DNA of 64,000 nucleotides. Origin: Rhizobium sp. Q54 (GTDB lineage Bacteria > Pseudomonadota > Alphaproteobacteria > UBA2966 > CAIVPW01). The DNA lies in the NCBI GenBank assembly GCA_945947575.1, contig CAMEYM010000018.1, positions 4,046-68,045 on the forward strand, in the 5' to 3' direction. The translations under genes were made by a program, and so were the position numbers. Below the pieces are notes generated by a model that was not told where the DNA came from, did not search any database, and was given only the letters and a program-made list of their open reading frames with translations. Positions 17,044 through 26,827 of the stretch are shown in pieces; position 1 is the stretch's first letter, and each line of letters starts with the position of its first letter.

Positions 17044-18474
17044 CTAGGGCGCCACCTCACGCACGAACGCACGCACCGCCGCGTTGAAGGCGGCAGGCTC
17101 CTCGACGAACGGATTGTGGCCGGTGTTCGCAAACACCTGCAGGCGGGCACCCGGAATGCCCGCGGCGATGATGCGTGCCTGGCGCGCGGTCGTGATCAGG
17201 TCGTTCTCCCCGACCACCACCAAGGTCGGCGTGCGAATCTCCGGCAGCCGGGGACGCGTGTCGAAGCTGCGGAACTCGCGCGTCGCGATGAGCTGGCGCC
17301 AAGCCTCGGCGGACAGGATGACGCGATCCATGAAGGCGTCGGCCGTGGCCTGATCGGGCGGATCGAAGTACAGAGCAAAGACGCGACGGATGCGCTCGTC
17401 GTTGGACAGGCCGGGCACCACGCGGCGTTGCTCCGGCGTGCCGAAGCGTTGAATGTTCTGGTTCGCCTCGGCGTTGTACTCGTAGCTCGGCGCGGTATCG
17501 ACCAGGATCAGCGCCGCCAGACGGCCGGGGTACGCCAACGCGTACAGCTGGGCGACGAAGCCGCCATACGAATGGCCGAGCAGGACGATGCGATCGAAGC
17601 CGAGTTGCTGGCGCAGGCGATCGATCGCCGCCACCGCCCCCGGCACCGAATAGGGAACGCTCGGCGGCAGGCGTTCGGACAGGCCTTGCCCAGGCTGGTC
17701 GATATAGACCACGCGGAAGTCGTCCTCGAGCGACTCGAGGTAGGGGCGGAAGTAGTTGCTCTCCATGCCCGGTCCGCCGTGCAAGACGAACATCGGCAGG
17801 CCGGAACCGCGCTCGACGATGTGGATGCCGAGCCCGTCGACCGCAACGAAGCGGCCGACCTCGTCGTCCCGGCGCTGCCAAATGCTGGTGAGACGCTTGG
17901 TCCACTCGCCTTCGATCGCGAGCACCAGCGGATCGGCCGGGTCGTCATGGATCCACAGGGCGGCGCCGCTGTCCGAACGGACGACCAATGCCGGCAACTC
18001 CGCGGGTGAGCCGTCGATGCCGATCGGAAAGCGCGCGCGGCGCTCCAGGGCGAACGTGCGCGCCTGCACTTGGCGGCCAGGACTGTCGTTGAAGGGGAGG
18101 ATGGTCCGCGCCCCGGAAGCCAGCGCCTCGTACGCGGCGCGGCTCAGCCAAAGAGCAGTCGCGTCCCCGCGCGGTCCCCACTCCGCGTCCTGGTAACACT
18201 CACAGTGAGTTGTGGCGCGCTCCAGGGTGACTGCGGCAATGGTGCGCACACCGTCGGCCGCGACGGGCGACGTCGTGAACCACTCGAATTGGAGATCGGG
18301 CACCACCTTGAGCACCGTCGCGACGAAGCGATGGGCCGCGGCGCCGGCGCTGACGTCGTAGGTGAGCTTGGTGCCCAGGCGTCGCGCCCCGCCTTCGTGC
18401 AGGGGCGCGGCAGCGGCAACGCCGGCGGCAAGCCAGAGGAGAAGCGCCGCCAGGTGGCGCACAGCCACGCTCAT
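17044..18474 (-). CDS. Exported alpha/beta hydrolase (proline iminopeptidase-like) with unknown N-terminal domain
   Basis: HGGPG, GHSYGG, GEND, GHNPFVEEP; ~200-aa extra N-terminal region after a signal peptide. Confidence 0.82.
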   Translation of the reverse strand: MSVAVRHLAALLLWLAAGVAAAAPLHEGGARRLGTKLTYDVSAGAAAHRFVATVLKVVPDLQFEWFTTSPVAADGVRTIAAVTLERATTHCECYQDAEWGPRGDATALWLSRAAYEALASGARTILPFNDSPGRQVQARTFALERRARFPIGIDGSPAELPALVVRSDSGAALWIHDDPADPLVLAIEGEWTKRLTSIWQRRDDEVGRFVAVDGLGIHIVERGSGLPMFVLHGGPGMESNYFRPYLESLEDDFRVVYIDQPGQGLSERLPPSVPYSVPGAVAAIDRLRQQLGFDRIVLLGHSYGGFVAQLYALAYPGRLAALILVDTAPSYEYNAEANQNIQRFGTPEQRRVVPGLSNDERIRRVFALYFDPPDQATADAFMDRVILSAEAWRQLIATREFRSFDTRPRLPEIRTPTLVVVGENDLITTARQARIIAAGIPGARLQVFANTGHNPFVEEPAAFNAAVRAFVREVAP

Positions 18475-19350
18475 CCGGGAAGAGCCGCGATCCCCGCGAG
18501 AAGGGCCTGAACCAGATCCTCGGCCTCACCGTTGGCGCGCGGATAGTTGCGCGCGAATGCTTCGGCCCCGGCGCCATCGTGGAACTGTGGCGAGCCGAAC
18601 AGCCCAAGACCGAGCAGCCGGTTGGCCTCGCGCAGCGGGTCGGGTTCCTGGGCGAGTGCGTCGCGCGCGTACCCGCGCCCGTACGCCGCGCCTTCCGCGT
18701 CGCCCAAGGCCTGCTTGGCACGCGCGGCACCGGTCTGCGCGACGGCATCCCCCAGGGCGCTGTCCAACCGGCCGAGCGGATCGAAGGCGCGGCGAAAGTC
18801 CTCAAGCGCCTCGGCGGGCCGAGTCAGCAGATGCAGCCAGCCGCGCTGGATGTGCGCCATCGCCTCGCCGCGGTCATCGCGGTTGACGCGAAACAACTCG
18901 GCGGCTCCCGCGAATGCGTCGGCCGCCTCGGCTTCGTCGCCGCGCGCGGCCAAGGCTGCAGCGAGGCCGACCAGCGCCGGGCCCGCAGCACCGGGATCGG
19001 TTGCGGCGAACGCCGCGACCGCGCGCTCATAGGCGGCCTTCGCCGCGGTTGCATCGCCGCCCAGCCGGTCAGCGTCGGCCGCGCCCAGGATCGCCTCGGC
19101 CCGCAGCGCGCGTCGCGTCGGTCGGCTGCGCCGGGTTCGCTTCGATGCCCGCGGGCGCTGCCGGGGCGGCCTGCTCGACGACAACGCTGCTGTCCCCGGT
19201 GCGCTGACCAACCAGAAGAGCCGTCAGGAGCAGGAAGGCAGCCGCTCCGGCTCCTCCGACCAGAATGCGCGAGCGGTCGCGCAGGGCGAGCCCACCGACG
19301 ACAGCGACCAGAAGGGCGGCGAGCGCGCCCCAGGTGAGAGGAGCGAACAT
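18471..19350 (-). CDS. Membrane-anchored TPR-like protein, frameshifted near 19105-19115
   Basis: 19069-19350 gives two TM helices; the 18471-19211 frame gives Ala-rich TPR-like helices; the frames join in a (CG)n run. Confidence 0.55.
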
Positions 19351-19896
19351 CTAAGGCTCGCCGCCGCGCATGACGGTGGCGGCGAACTCCCAAGGCGCAA
19401 TGAACCGCCCGCGAAAGAGGCCGACCCTGGCGGCCTCCGCCACGGCTTCCGCGGCGAGGTACCTGTCGGTCTGATCGACCAACGCGAGAGCGTGACCGGC
19501 ACGCACCAACTCCTCGGCAACGTCGCGACCGTCACTGGTGAGGCAGATGCCGTAGAGGAACGTCCGCCGGGTGCGCTCGGTGTCGCGCTGGACGGTGCAG
19601 GTCACCGGCCCTTGGGCCGTGATGATCTGCAACTCGCGGAGCGCGATGCTCTGACAGTCGTAGGGTTGGTTGTTGGCGAAGAAGCACGGCTGCGCGAGCT
19701 CCGGGCCGTCGGCCCCCCACAGGCGCAGGTAGACGCCATCGACAACGAGCTTGTCGCTATCGGTCACTCGGGCGGCCCCGCGGACGACTTCACCGGTCTG
19801 CACAGGGCGAGTCGCTTGCGCGCCCGCCACCCCCGCAACGAACAGGAGGGTGGCAACCGCTACGAGCTGAATCGCCCTGCCGGATCGAACCCACAT
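19351..19896 (-). CDS. Exported thermonuclease (SNase)-like protein
   Basis: VTDSDKL, LRLWGADGPE, LVRAGHALA, EAARVGLF, PWEF. Confidence 0.78.
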   Translation of the reverse strand: MWVRSGRAIQLVAVATLLFVAGVAGAQATRPVQTGEVVRGAARVTDSDKLVVDGVYLRLWGADGPELAQPCFFANNQPYDCQSIALRELQIITAQGPVTCTVQRDTERTRRTFLYGICLTSDGRDVAEELVRAGHALALVDQTDRYLAAEAVAEAARVGLFRGRFIAPWEFAATVMRGGEP

Positions 19897-19983
19897 AGGA
19901 CGAGTATAGGTGCGACGCGGGCCCCGTGAAACGCATGCGGCGCGCCTTCCGGCGCGCCGCATGCGTCGTTCGAAGCGAGAGGA

Positions 19984-21153
19984 CTAGCGGCCGCCAGCCC
20001 CGCCCGGCAGCGGAATGGGCGGAGCCCCCGGCACCATGGCGCCCGGCGGGGTCAAGCGACCACCCAGGCCAGGAATCGGGGGAAGGCCGATGGTGCCCGG
20101 AGCGCCGGGAGTCGGCGTCGTCACCTTGTTCTCGGTCAGCTCGGCGACCGGACGGTTGAACGCCGGGGCCTTGAAGCCCGGCATCTGGAACAGCCAGCCG
20201 TCGGTGGCGGCAGAAATCTGGCGAGCGCGCTCGGCGCCGGCGGCGTTGGGAGCCGCAGTGGCCTTGAAGCGCGCCCAGGTCTTGCCTTGGATCTCCGCGA
20301 CTTCGGCCGACAGGGTCATGCCGTCGAAGGTGGTGAAGATGAGCTCGCGCGGATTGTTCGGGAACTGCAGCATGGACGCGGGGCGCAGGTCTTCGAACTG
20401 CAGGGACACGACGGACGATGCCACCTGCTTCACGGCGCTGTCGGCCGCCTGGATCTTCTCGTCGCGCGGCACGAGCTGGTAGCGCGAGACGCCCGACTGG
20501 TCGGTTTCCTTCTCGGTGTTGAGAACGAGCTGGCCGTTCTCCTTGATCTGCAGCGTCTTGATGTCGGGGCCGGGCACGTGAACGATCTGGCGCTCCATCC
20601 AGTCCACGGCGGACGGCGGCAACGCGACGGTGCCGCGCACCAGCCAGGCGCGCGCATCGCCCGGCACGCGCACGTACATGCCGCCGAGCGGGTCGAAGGT
20701 CATGGTGCCGCTGGTGCGGCCGAGCACGACAGAGGCAAGCACAGTGCCATCCGCCGCTTCGACGATCAGCTCACGCGAACGCGCGAGCTCGGCGGTGACG
20801 TCTTCGACCGCCAAGCTCGCATAGCGAGCGGGCGTATCGGTCTTCGGCTCGAGCTTGCGTAGCGCCGCCACTGCGGCGATGACGCTGCGGATGTTACTGG
20901 TGGCAACCGGGTAGCCGTACCGGTCCGTGAAGCGCCAAGCACCGTCCTTGAATTCGATTACCGCCGACTCCATGGCAGTGCGATAGGTGATCTTGGCGGC
21001 ATCGTTGGCGCGCTCGACGAGGCGCGGGAACATGGGCTCGTCGTAGAGCTGTACGTCGGCACCGACGCGGCTCTGCACGAGGGTAGCGCCGCCGGCAGCG
21101 ACGACGGCGACCGCCGTCAATCCGGCGAGGATCAGGAAACTACGCGGGTTCAT
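19984..21153 (-). CDS. DUF4340-domain protein
   Basis: N-terminal anchor, YGYPVA, EPKT, YVRVPGDARAWLV; typical position after a GldG-like gene. Confidence 0.7.
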   Translation of the reverse strand: MNPRSFLILAGLTAVAVVAAGGATLVQSRVGADVQLYDEPMFPRLVERANDAAKITYRTAMESAVIEFKDGAWRFTDRYGYPVATSNIRSVIAAVAALRKLEPKTDTPARYASLAVEDVTAELARSRELIVEAADGTVLASVVLGRTSGTMTFDPLGGMYVRVPGDARAWLVRGTVALPPSAVDWMERQIVHVPGPDIKTLQIKENGQLVLNTEKETDQSGVSRYQLVPRDEKIQAADSAVKQVASSVVSLQFEDLRPASMLQFPNNPRELIFTTFDGMTLSAEVAEIQGKTWARFKATAAPNAAGAERARQISAATDGWLFQMPGFKAPAFNRPVAELTENKVTTPTPGAPGTIGLPPIPGLGGRLTPPGAMVPGAPPIPLPGGAGGR

Positions 21154-23072
21154 GCTGTCTTGCCTCCGGCGCTGGCGCGGCCACGGCGCAGCTTGGCGCG
21201 CCGCCAGCTTGCCGCGACCATTCCGAAGGCCACGACAAGGATCGGCACCAGCGCAATGTTGGCGAACTGGAGTCGGGTTTCGAGCGCGTCGATGTCGGCG
21301 TTGAGTGCCGCCCGCACGTCGCGCAGCTGCTGACGCAAGGTCAGCATCTTCTGGTTGAACTCGATGATGCGGCGCTGCTCGTCCTGGCTCAGCAGCTCGA
21401 ACGCCACCTCGTCCCGGTTCAGCGCCTGCATCTGCGCGAGTTGACCCTGGGTCTGGGCGAGTTCCGCCTCCAGTCGCTGCTCCGTAGCAAAGTACTTGGA
21501 GCGCGCGTTGTCCTCGATGCGCTCGACCGTCGTGAACGGGCGGTGCGAAAGGCCGCGGCCGCGCAGGCCGATGAGCGCGCCGCCACCGGCAAGGTTCTCA
21601 ACCGCGTTGACCACGAAGTCGCCGTTGCTCGAAACCGGTTGGCCGGCCTGATTGACGACGTGCGGGTCCGTCAGCATGTCGACGTCGGCGACGACGATCA
21701 CGTTGATGTTGCCCTCGTTGATCTGCGGCGGCTCCGGCGGCTTCGGCGCGTTGGGGTTCTGCTGCGCATCCTGGTCCTCGTTCTGCTTGGGGGGACCATC
21801 GGAGAAGGCGGTGCGGGCACGGCCGGTAATGCGAACGGCGAGGTTCTGCCGCACGCCCGACGGCTCGAAGGTCTCGAGCAGACGGCTCGGATCGTCGCGG
21901 CGACGGATGGTCGTCACGTCGATGAGCATCGAGTCGCGGCTCGTCTGAATGAGCGGCGTGACCCGGACTCCGTCGATTCCCGTCTCCTGGATGGCGCCGC
22001 CCGACGTGATGCGCATGATCTTCAGCTGGGCTGTGACCGCGTCCTCGGTGTTCATGTTCTCCGGCCGGACCTGCAGCCATGGCACGTAGTCGACCACGAC
22101 GCGGGTCGGACCACCGAAACCAGAAACGCGCAGCGCCATGCTGCGGTCGGCGGCGACCTTGTTGGTCGCCATCTGGATGCCCCAGCGCTCGAACAGGTCG
22201 GACAGCTCCGAGGTCGGGAACAGGTAGTTCAAGCGGTTCTGCGGATCCGTCGGCGACGCCTCTGCGAACGGATCGACGAACACGATCACCGGTCCACCGA
22301 GCATCGCGTACTGCTCGATGGCGTAGCGCGTGCGGGGCGTCAGGCCGGCGGGATGGATCACCATCAGCACGTCCGCGTTCGGCGGAATGACGTTGGCGTT
22401 GTACTTGAGCGGGCGCACGTCGTAGCTCGCCTGCATCTGCCGGATGACCGCATAGGCGGGCGTCTGGTTCTGCTCCTGCCCCATCGCGCCGATGCCGTCG
22501 ATGACACCGATGACCGGCTTGGCGGGGCGCGCCAGGTTGGCGACCATGCGCGTCAGGTCGTACTCGAGGAACTGCTCGCGTACCGGGTCGAGGAATGAGA
22601 TGACCTGCACGTCGTCGACGGAGTTGGTGCCGACGAGGCCGAAGTAGCCCTGCTCGCCCGCTTGGGTCAGGTTGAACGAGCGCAGCTGGAACTGCAGCGC
22701 GCGGTCTTCCGCCGGAGAGAATGGGATCGGATCGATGATTTCGAAGCGCACGCGGCCGCGGGACAGCTCCTGGTAGGTGCGCAGCAACTCGTTGACGCGA
22801 TCCGAATAGACGTTGAGCCCCGGCGCACTTTCGAGCAGCGCCGTCGACTGGAACAGACGCAGGGTCACGGCCTCGTCGAGGTCGCGCAGGACGTTCGTTG
22901 TCGACTGGGTCAGCGTGAAGAGCTTGGCCTGGGTGAGGTCGGAACGCGCCGAACCAAACGTCAGAGCAGAAAACACGTTCACGGCCAGGAACAGGATGAT
23001 GGCGAGCACGATAGCGATGCTAGCGAGGACCGACCGCTCGATCTTGCTCACTCGTTCGAGGAGACCGTTCAT
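21150..23072 (-). CDS. GldG-like ABC-associated auxiliary protein
   Basis: RSDLTQAKLFTL, IDPIPFSPAED, FLEYDLTR, FVDP, VVADVDML, C-terminal coiled coil + TM. Confidence 0.82.
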   Translation of the reverse strand: MNGLLERVSKIERSVLASIAIVLAIILFLAVNVFSALTFGSARSDLTQAKLFTLTQSTTNVLRDLDEAVTLRLFQSTALLESAPGLNVYSDRVNELLRTYQELSRGRVRFEIIDPIPFSPAEDRALQFQLRSFNLTQAGEQGYFGLVGTNSVDDVQVISFLDPVREQFLEYDLTRMVANLARPAKPVIGVIDGIGAMGQEQNQTPAYAVIRQMQASYDVRPLKYNANVIPPNADVLMVIHPAGLTPRTRYAIEQYAMLGGPVIVFVDPFAEASPTDPQNRLNYLFPTSELSDLFERWGIQMATNKVAADRSMALRVSGFGGPTRVVVDYVPWLQVRPENMNTEDAVTAQLKIMRITSGGAIQETGIDGVRVTPLIQTSRDSMLIDVTTIRRRDDPSRLLETFEPSGVRQNLAVRITGRARTAFSDGPPKQNEDQDAQQNPNAPKPPEPPQINEGNINVIVVADVDMLTDPHVVNQAGQPVSSNGDFVVNAVENLAGGGALIGLRGRGLSHRPFTTVERIEDNARSKYFATEQRLEAELAQTQGQLAQMQALNRDEVAFELLSQDEQRRIIEFNQKMLTLRQQLRDVRAALNADIDALETRLQFANIALVPILVVAFGMVAASWRRAKLRRGRASAGGKTA

Positions 23073-23074
23073 CG

Positions 23075-23809
23075 CTAGCTCGCCTTCTTGAGTTCGACGA
23101 TCTGCGCGTTGATGAACAGGCAGACCGCCATCATCGACAGAAAGAACACGATGGCGGGGAGCGGCAGCACCCCGTCCGCGATCGTCTGGAAGTGGGTGAG
23201 GAACGACAGCGACGACACCATGTCGAGGACATAGGCGGGCGCCCAGCTGCGGAACATGCCGAGCACGAGGTCGAGGCCGCTCATCAGGAACAAAAAGCTC
23301 GCCGCCGAGCCGATGACGAAAGCGATGACCTGGTTGCGGGTCAGCGCCGACAGGCACGACGCGAGCGCCAGCAAAGCGCCGGCCATCAGCAGGCTGCCGA
23401 CGTAGCTGGCGAAGATCACGCCGTTATCCGGGTCGCCGAGGTAGTTGACCGAAATCCAGATCGGGAAGGTCAACGCGAGGGCGAAGCCGGTGAACATCCA
23501 CGCGGCGAGGAACTTGCCGACGACCGCCTCGCCGGTAGTGACCGGCAAGGTCATCAGCAGTTCGATGGTGCCGGTCTTGCGCTCCTCGGCCCACAGACGC
23601 ATGCCGACGGCCGGAATGAGCACCAGGAACAGCCACGGGTGGAAGCTGAAGAACGACTGCAGGTCCGCCTGGCGGCGGCCGAAGAAGTCGCCCATGAAGA
23701 AGGTCACCGCACCGGCGCCCGCGAGGAAGGTGACGATGAAGACGTAGGCGAGCGGCGTCGAGAAGTACGCGGCCAGCTCGCGCTTGGTGATGATCCAGAT
23801 GTTTCTCAC
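23075..23809 (-). CDS. GldF-like ABC-2 permease
   Basis: KRELAAYFSTPLAY, MRLWAEERKTGTIELLMTLP, GKFLA. Confidence 0.88.
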   Translation of the reverse strand: MRNIWIITKRELAAYFSTPLAYVFIVTFLAGAGAVTFFMGDFFGRRQADLQSFFSFHPWLFLVLIPAVGMRLWAEERKTGTIELLMTLPVTTGEAVVGKFLAAWMFTGFALALTFPIWISVNYLGDPDNGVIFASYVGSLLMAGALLALASCLSALTRNQVIAFVIGSAASFLFLMSGLDLVLGMFRSWAPAYVLDMVSSLSFLTHFQTIADGVLPLPAIVFFLSMMAVCLFINAQIVELKKAS

Positions 23810-24768
23810 CGCAACACCGCCTGTTCGTGACCGACGGTAAGCTGACGGAAGACCTCGTCGAGCTTGCCGACCTCGGTGTGAATCTCGTCGACCTCGATGC
23901 TGTTCTGGCGGATGGCCATGCCGACTTCGTCGGCGATGAACTTGCCCCCGCGCGGCACAACCGACAGCGAGACGCGGCCGTTGTGCGGCGTGCCCGACTC
24001 GACGGCAACGACGTTGTTCAGCCCGCGCAGCAGCTTGACCGCCTTGGCCGCCGCATCGGCGCGAACCTGGAGCACTACCGAATTGTGCATGCGCGAGCGG
24101 GCATGCAGCTCCGCCGGCGTACCGTTCGATACGACGCGACCGCGATCGATGATGACGGCGCGGTCGCACACCGCGTCGACCTCTTCGAGAATATGAGTCG
24201 AGATGATGATGGCCTTGTTCTTGCCGAGCTCGCGGATGAGCTCGCGCACATGGTGCTTCTGGTTGGGGTCGAGACCGTCGGTCGGCTCGTCGAGGATGAG
24301 CACGTCTGGGTCGTGCAAGATCGCCTGCGCGAAACCGACGCGGCGCTTGAAGCCCTTCGAGAGCGTCTCGACGCGCTGATAGAGTACCTGTTGCAGGCCC
24401 ATGCGCTCGATCGAGTACATGATGCGTTGCTTGGCCTTCGAGCCCGCGAGCTGCCGGATCTCGGCGATAAATTCGAGCAACGACATCACCGTCATGTCGC
24501 CGTAGAGCGGCGCGCCCTCCGGCAAGAAGCCGATGCGCTTCTTCACCTCGACCGGCTCTTTCTGGATGTCATGGCCGAGCACGCGCGCCGTGCCAGCGGT
24601 CGGCGGCAGATAACCAGTGATGACGCGCATGGTCGTCGACTTGCCGGCGCCGTTCGGCCCCAGGAAGCCCATGACAACGCCGCGCGGCACGCTGAAAGTC
24701 ACATCGTCGACGGCGACGATCGACCCAAAGCGCTTGCTCAAGGATTGGACTTCGATGAGATCGGACAT
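23806..24768 (-). CDS. GldA-like ABC ATP-binding protein
   Basis: GPNGAGKST, LSKGFKRRVG, ILDEPTDGLDPNQ, STHIL. Confidence 0.92.
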   Translation of the reverse strand: MSDLIEVQSLSKRFGSIVAVDDVTFSVPRGVVMGFLGPNGAGKSTTMRVITGYLPPTAGTARVLGHDIQKEPVEVKKRIGFLPEGAPLYGDMTVMSLLEFIAEIRQLAGSKAKQRIMYSIERMGLQQVLYQRVETLSKGFKRRVGFAQAILHDPDVLILDEPTDGLDPNQKHHVRELIRELGKNKAIIISTHILEEVDAVCDRAVIIDRGRVVSNGTPAELHARSRMHNSVVLQVRADAAAKAVKLLRGLNNVVAVESGTPHNGRVSLSVVPRGGKFIADEVGMAIRQNSIEVDEIHTEVGKLDEVFRQLTVGHEQAVLR

Positions 24769-25047
24769 GGAACCTGTCTGAGTGTGGCCTGGACCGGCCG
24801 GCGTCTCCCCCGCCGCTCGGGCGGCGTGCGTTGCCGCCCGTTACCGGCGGTACGTCACTCCGCGTCGCAGCTTTGCGGCGCCGTTCACCGTCCAAGACCT
24901 CCCCGTACTCGGCGGGTGTCATAGTCGGAATAGCGGCCTCAATCAAGGTTTACGGGCCAAATCGGCCTGGCGGAAGCGCAACAGATGGTTGCCTGGCATG
25001 GGCTTGGCGCCGCCGCGCAGGGCGCGCAAGTGGCGCGGCGCCAAAGG

Positions 25048-25078
25048 AAAAGGGCCGCCTGTCGCCCGGCGGCCCTTT
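25048..25078 (-). terminator. Rho-independent terminator of cold-shock gene
   Basis: AAAGGGCCGCC...GGCGGCCCTTT inverted repeat. Confidence 0.7.
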
Positions 25079-25097
25079 GGGTCACATCCGCGTGGCT

Positions 25098-25307
25098 CTA
25101 GTTGGCTACGGAGAGGTTCTCCGCGGAAACCCGACCGTCGCGGCCGGATTTGACCTCGAAGTTCACTCGCTGGCCCTCGTTCAATCCGGGAAGATTGGCC
25201 TGTTCGATGGCGGACACGTGGACGAAGACGTCCTTGTCGCCGCCATCGGGCGCGATGAACCCGTATCCCTTAACCTTGTTGAACCACTTAACGATGCCGG
25301 TCTGCAC
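25098..25307 (-). CDS. Cold-shock protein (CspA family)
   Basis: [23 protein letters not shown]; GTG start with GGAG RBS. Confidence 0.95.
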   Translation of the reverse strand: MQTGIVKWFNKVKGYGFIAPDGGDKDVFVHVSAIEQANLPGLNEGQRVNFEVKSGRDGRVSAENLSVAN

Positions 25308-25724
25308 GATCGCGTCTCCTTGGAGATATCGTTGCGGCCGAACCCCACGTCCGACGGCACTCTCAACCAACCCGCGGATGACTTGGCTCGGTCGACGACC
25401 AGGCAGGCACCGCAGTTTCGAGTAGCCCGGAAAGTCTAGGCGGCGGCCGCACACCAGCAAGCGCGCGGCAGGGTTAGAGCGCCTTCGCGCGCAGCGGCAG
25501 CGACATACCTTCCTCGGGCGGAAACGGGGCAATGCCTCCCGTTCAAGCTATGCACATCGCGCTATAGTGCGCGTCGAAAGTGCAACGCCGCAGCCGTTGC
25601 GTTCACAGCGCCATGATCGGGTGTGCCCGAAACGCACACGCGCAAACCCAAGCGAACCGCCGCGCTGGCGCTTCGCGGGCCTCTCCCTTCCGTGCTCGCG
25701 GTGCGTGTACCCCGAGCGGGATAG

Positions 25725-26165
25725 CTAGCGAGTGACCTGCGCAACCAGCGCGGTTAGGCGCTGGTTAGCGAGCGGCACGTTGAGATCGACCTGCTTCACC
25801 GCATTCAAGTTCGACGTGTCGTTGCCGACAACGATGATCCCGACCATTCCTAGGCTGCGATGTGACGTGCACTCGTAGACATAGATGCCCGGCACGGTGA
25901 ACTCGAGGATGTAGTCCTCGTTGCGCCTGCTGTTGAAAGCCGCGGCGGCGGCCGGGATGCCGCCGCGCACCGAGGTCACCTGATGGTTGCGATCGCTCGC
26001 GGTGAACTTCACGAAGTCGCCGACGCCGATACGCACAATGCCGGGCTCGAACACGAACGTGCCGCCCTGCCCGGCATTGAGCTGCTTCACTTCGACCATG
26101 GCCGCCGAAGCAACGCCTGCCCCGAACGACACGCCCAACGCGGTGAGTAGTGCAGCGACGCGCAT
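25725..26165 (-). CDS. Pseudoazurin/plastocyanin-like type 1 copper protein
   Basis: Signal peptide, FEPG, His (NHQV), YECTSHRSLGM (Cys/His/Met ligands). Confidence 0.85.
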   Translation of the reverse strand: MRVAALLTALGVSFGAGVASAAMVEVKQLNAGQGGTFVFEPGIVRIGVGDFVKFTASDRNHQVTSVRGGIPAAAAAFNSRRNEDYILEFTVPGIYVYECTSHRSLGMVGIIVVGNDTSNLNAVKQVDLNVPLANQRLTALVAQVTR

Positions 26166-26166
26166 G

Positions 26167-26473
26167 TCACATCGCTCCTGCGGCCGGGGCCGGCTCGCGC
26201 ATCTCACCAACCACGTAGGCAAAGTCGTAGCCGGCAGCACCCAGCGGACCGTGGCACTCGAAGCAACCCTGCAGGTTGCCAGAGCGCGGCGCGCCGTCCG
26301 CCGCGAAGGTCGCGTACTCCCAATTACCGTTGCGCCATTCCGGCGGATACTCCCCGCCCCAACCGGCGCGCTTCTCCATGATGTTGATGCCGTTGACGAC
26401 GTCGCGCACCAGGCGGCCCTTGGCGTCTATCGATGGCGACCTTGTTGGCCCAGATGACGGCAACCATCGACAT
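26167..26473 (-). pseudogene. Cytochrome P460-family remnant
   Basis: IMEKRAGWG, RNGNWEYATF and CFECH in one frame; RBS+ATG 26473 (MSMVAVIWANKVAID) out of frame; no signal peptide. Confidence 0.65.
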
Positions 26474-26689
26474 GTCGCTTGCTCCCCTCCGTTGCGCTCA
26501 TCCGCCGCGCGCGACCGCCCGCTTGGCAGCCATCGGCACGACCCTAGGCCGAATCGGGAGAACACAACAACCAATGGCGGCAATCGGGTGCGCCAACGCC
26601 TGTCACGCGCGCGTGAGCAAGAGGTCCGAAAACGCAGAACGCTGCCCCCAGGGATTCCGGGGACAGCGTTCCACCGCGAGCGACGAAGT

Positions 26690-26766
26690 TGGTAGCGGGA
26701 GAGGGACTTGAACCCCCGACCTAAGGATTATGATTCCTCCGCTCTAACCAGCTGAGCTACCCCGCC
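26690..26766 (-). tRNA. tRNA-CAT, non-initiator (probably elongator Met)
   Basis: GGCGGGGTAGCTCAGCTGGTTAGAGC...TCATAA...GGTTCAAGTCC...CCA; 77 nt. Confidence 0.92.
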
Positions 26767-26827
26767 AACAACCGCGTCGTTCGAGTACCGAAAGAGCGCG
26801 GGATATAAGGACGCGCGCCCGAGTCCG

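Noticed and set aside
26690-26766. Initiator tRNA-fMet or an integrase att site
   Set aside because: Position 1 is G and the anticodon stem lacks three consecutive G-C pairs; no integrase or duplicated 3' end seen in the window. Ile2 cannot be fully excluded.
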